DNA of 64,000 nucleotides, from assembly GCF_964194025.1 (NCBI RefSeq), contig NC_134475.1, positions 50,778,001 to 50,842,000 on the forward strand, written 5' to 3'. The position numbers were made by a program, and so were the translations under genes. The notes below the pieces were generated by a model. It saw only the letters and a list, made by a program, of their open reading frames with translations, had not been told where the DNA came from and did not search any database. The DNA comes from Convolutriloba macropyga (lineage: Eukaryota). This document shows positions 63,110 to 64,000 of the stretch, one piece after another; positions within the stretch are counted from its first letter, which is position 1; every line of letters starts with the position of its first letter.

Positions 63110-64000
63110 TCATACACCTAAACAATCTAATGTGTCGATCTCAATTGCGGCCATATCTTGTACATATTTAGCTTTTTCTGCTTTTATAACTACAATGTTT
63201 GTATTACCATCACATCGTTCAACTGTTCCTTTTCTGGTCAATTTTTGTGCCTTAGAACGTTGTTTTAGATGATGAAAAAAATCCTAGTTCCCCAGTGGGT
63301 TAATGGGTTGCAGTGCAATTACAGAATTGGTGCCACTGCATATCGATTGAAAGAAACACACATACCAAACAAAACATGATTTTAGATCCAACAAAGATAG
63401 TCATTAAACTGATGGTTATTTCCGTGGCCGCATGCCAGATTTGGGTTGCTTCACTACCCAAGTGTTCAAAATTAGCAATTCAGGCCACTGGTGATTATAT
63501 TTCAAGTCCGTGTTGAAATACTCTAAAGTCTCATGATCATATAAACTTCCGTGTCCCAGGAAAATTTTTCTTCCTGTTATTGATTTTCTCGAATGCCTTA
63601 ATCTCTGTGCCGTCTTGCTGAGTCCAGGTCTTTGTCAATGAAAAACCCAGCAGTTGACCAATTGACGTTAACTCTGGAATTAGGTGTATTCTTGGGTTTA
63701 TCAATAAGTTGTTTTCGTGGGCCATATGTTATCCATGACCCATTCTACAATTCCAGAGCGTTCGCACACATGGGGTTGCAATTAATTAGTGTGAAATTTC
63801 TACAGAATACTGTAGAAATAGTGTCCATGTATCTAATTAATTCTTAACTGTTTTCAAAAGACACCTTAATTGATAATTTCTCGGTACAAAACTGGTTTTC
63901 GACAACATTTAAGATAACTTTAGCGCACCTATGGACTTAAAGTATTCCTCCTGCTCTTTCTGCGTGCATACACAGGGTGTTTTGTTGATTTCGGAAAAAT
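63110..64000 (-). pseudogene. Decayed gB-like / chuvirus-like class III viral fusion glycoprotein, C-terminal part (runs off the window)
   Basis: AERAGGIL*VHRCAKVILNVVENQFCTEKLSIKV..RYMDTISTVFCRNFTLINCNPMCANALEL*NGSWI..GFFIDKDL fits the AGxxxxxxxCxxV..C..LPV..C..P..GxW..GIYT pattern; a TM segment (ITISLMTIFVGSKIMFCLVCVFL) and tail follow. Confidence 0.65.

Noticed and set aside
63181-63190. TATAAAAG as promoter for an ATG at 63154
   Set aside because: It falls inside the open frame of the fusogen cytoplasmic tail; not separately supportable.
1-64000. CRISPR arrays, operons or other prokaryotic systems
   Set aside because: The sequence is eukaryotic with spliceosomal introns, and no regularly spaced short repeat-spacer array was seen.

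Overview
This is AT-rich, repeat-dense genomic DNA from an invertebrate animal with spliceosomal introns and a 200-N scaffold gap at 1918-2117. Three host genes are visible. (i) The last coding exon of an SVOP/SLC22-like MFS transporter (minus, 821-1230). (ii) The 5' exons of a secreted Ser-Gly/SEA-like, possibly perlecan-type proteoglycan gene that the ORF track does not assemble (minus; 37242-37189, 29560-29482, 29310-29186). (iii) Head-to-head with it, a complete 3-exon, 411-aa cation-type Cys-loop (nAChR-like, non-alpha) subunit (plus, 38830-47608) whose first intron appears to be GA-AG. The introns are filled with two Helentron/HINE-like families, MITEs and degenerate tandem repeats. From 48 kb onward the window is a nest of retroelements: tandem CRE-like remnants; a CR1/L2-like LINE split by a Penelope-like element with hammerhead ribozymes; an RTE-like LINE with a 5' twister-like ribozyme, flanked by a ~0.9 kb direct repeat; and, at the right edge, a decayed LTR element. 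That element carries a gB/chuvirus-like class III fusogen followed by a coiled-coil + J-domain (HPD) gene, a polypurine tract and a 3' LTR, and is the most unusual system here. All family assignments come from manual motif recognition, not database searches.
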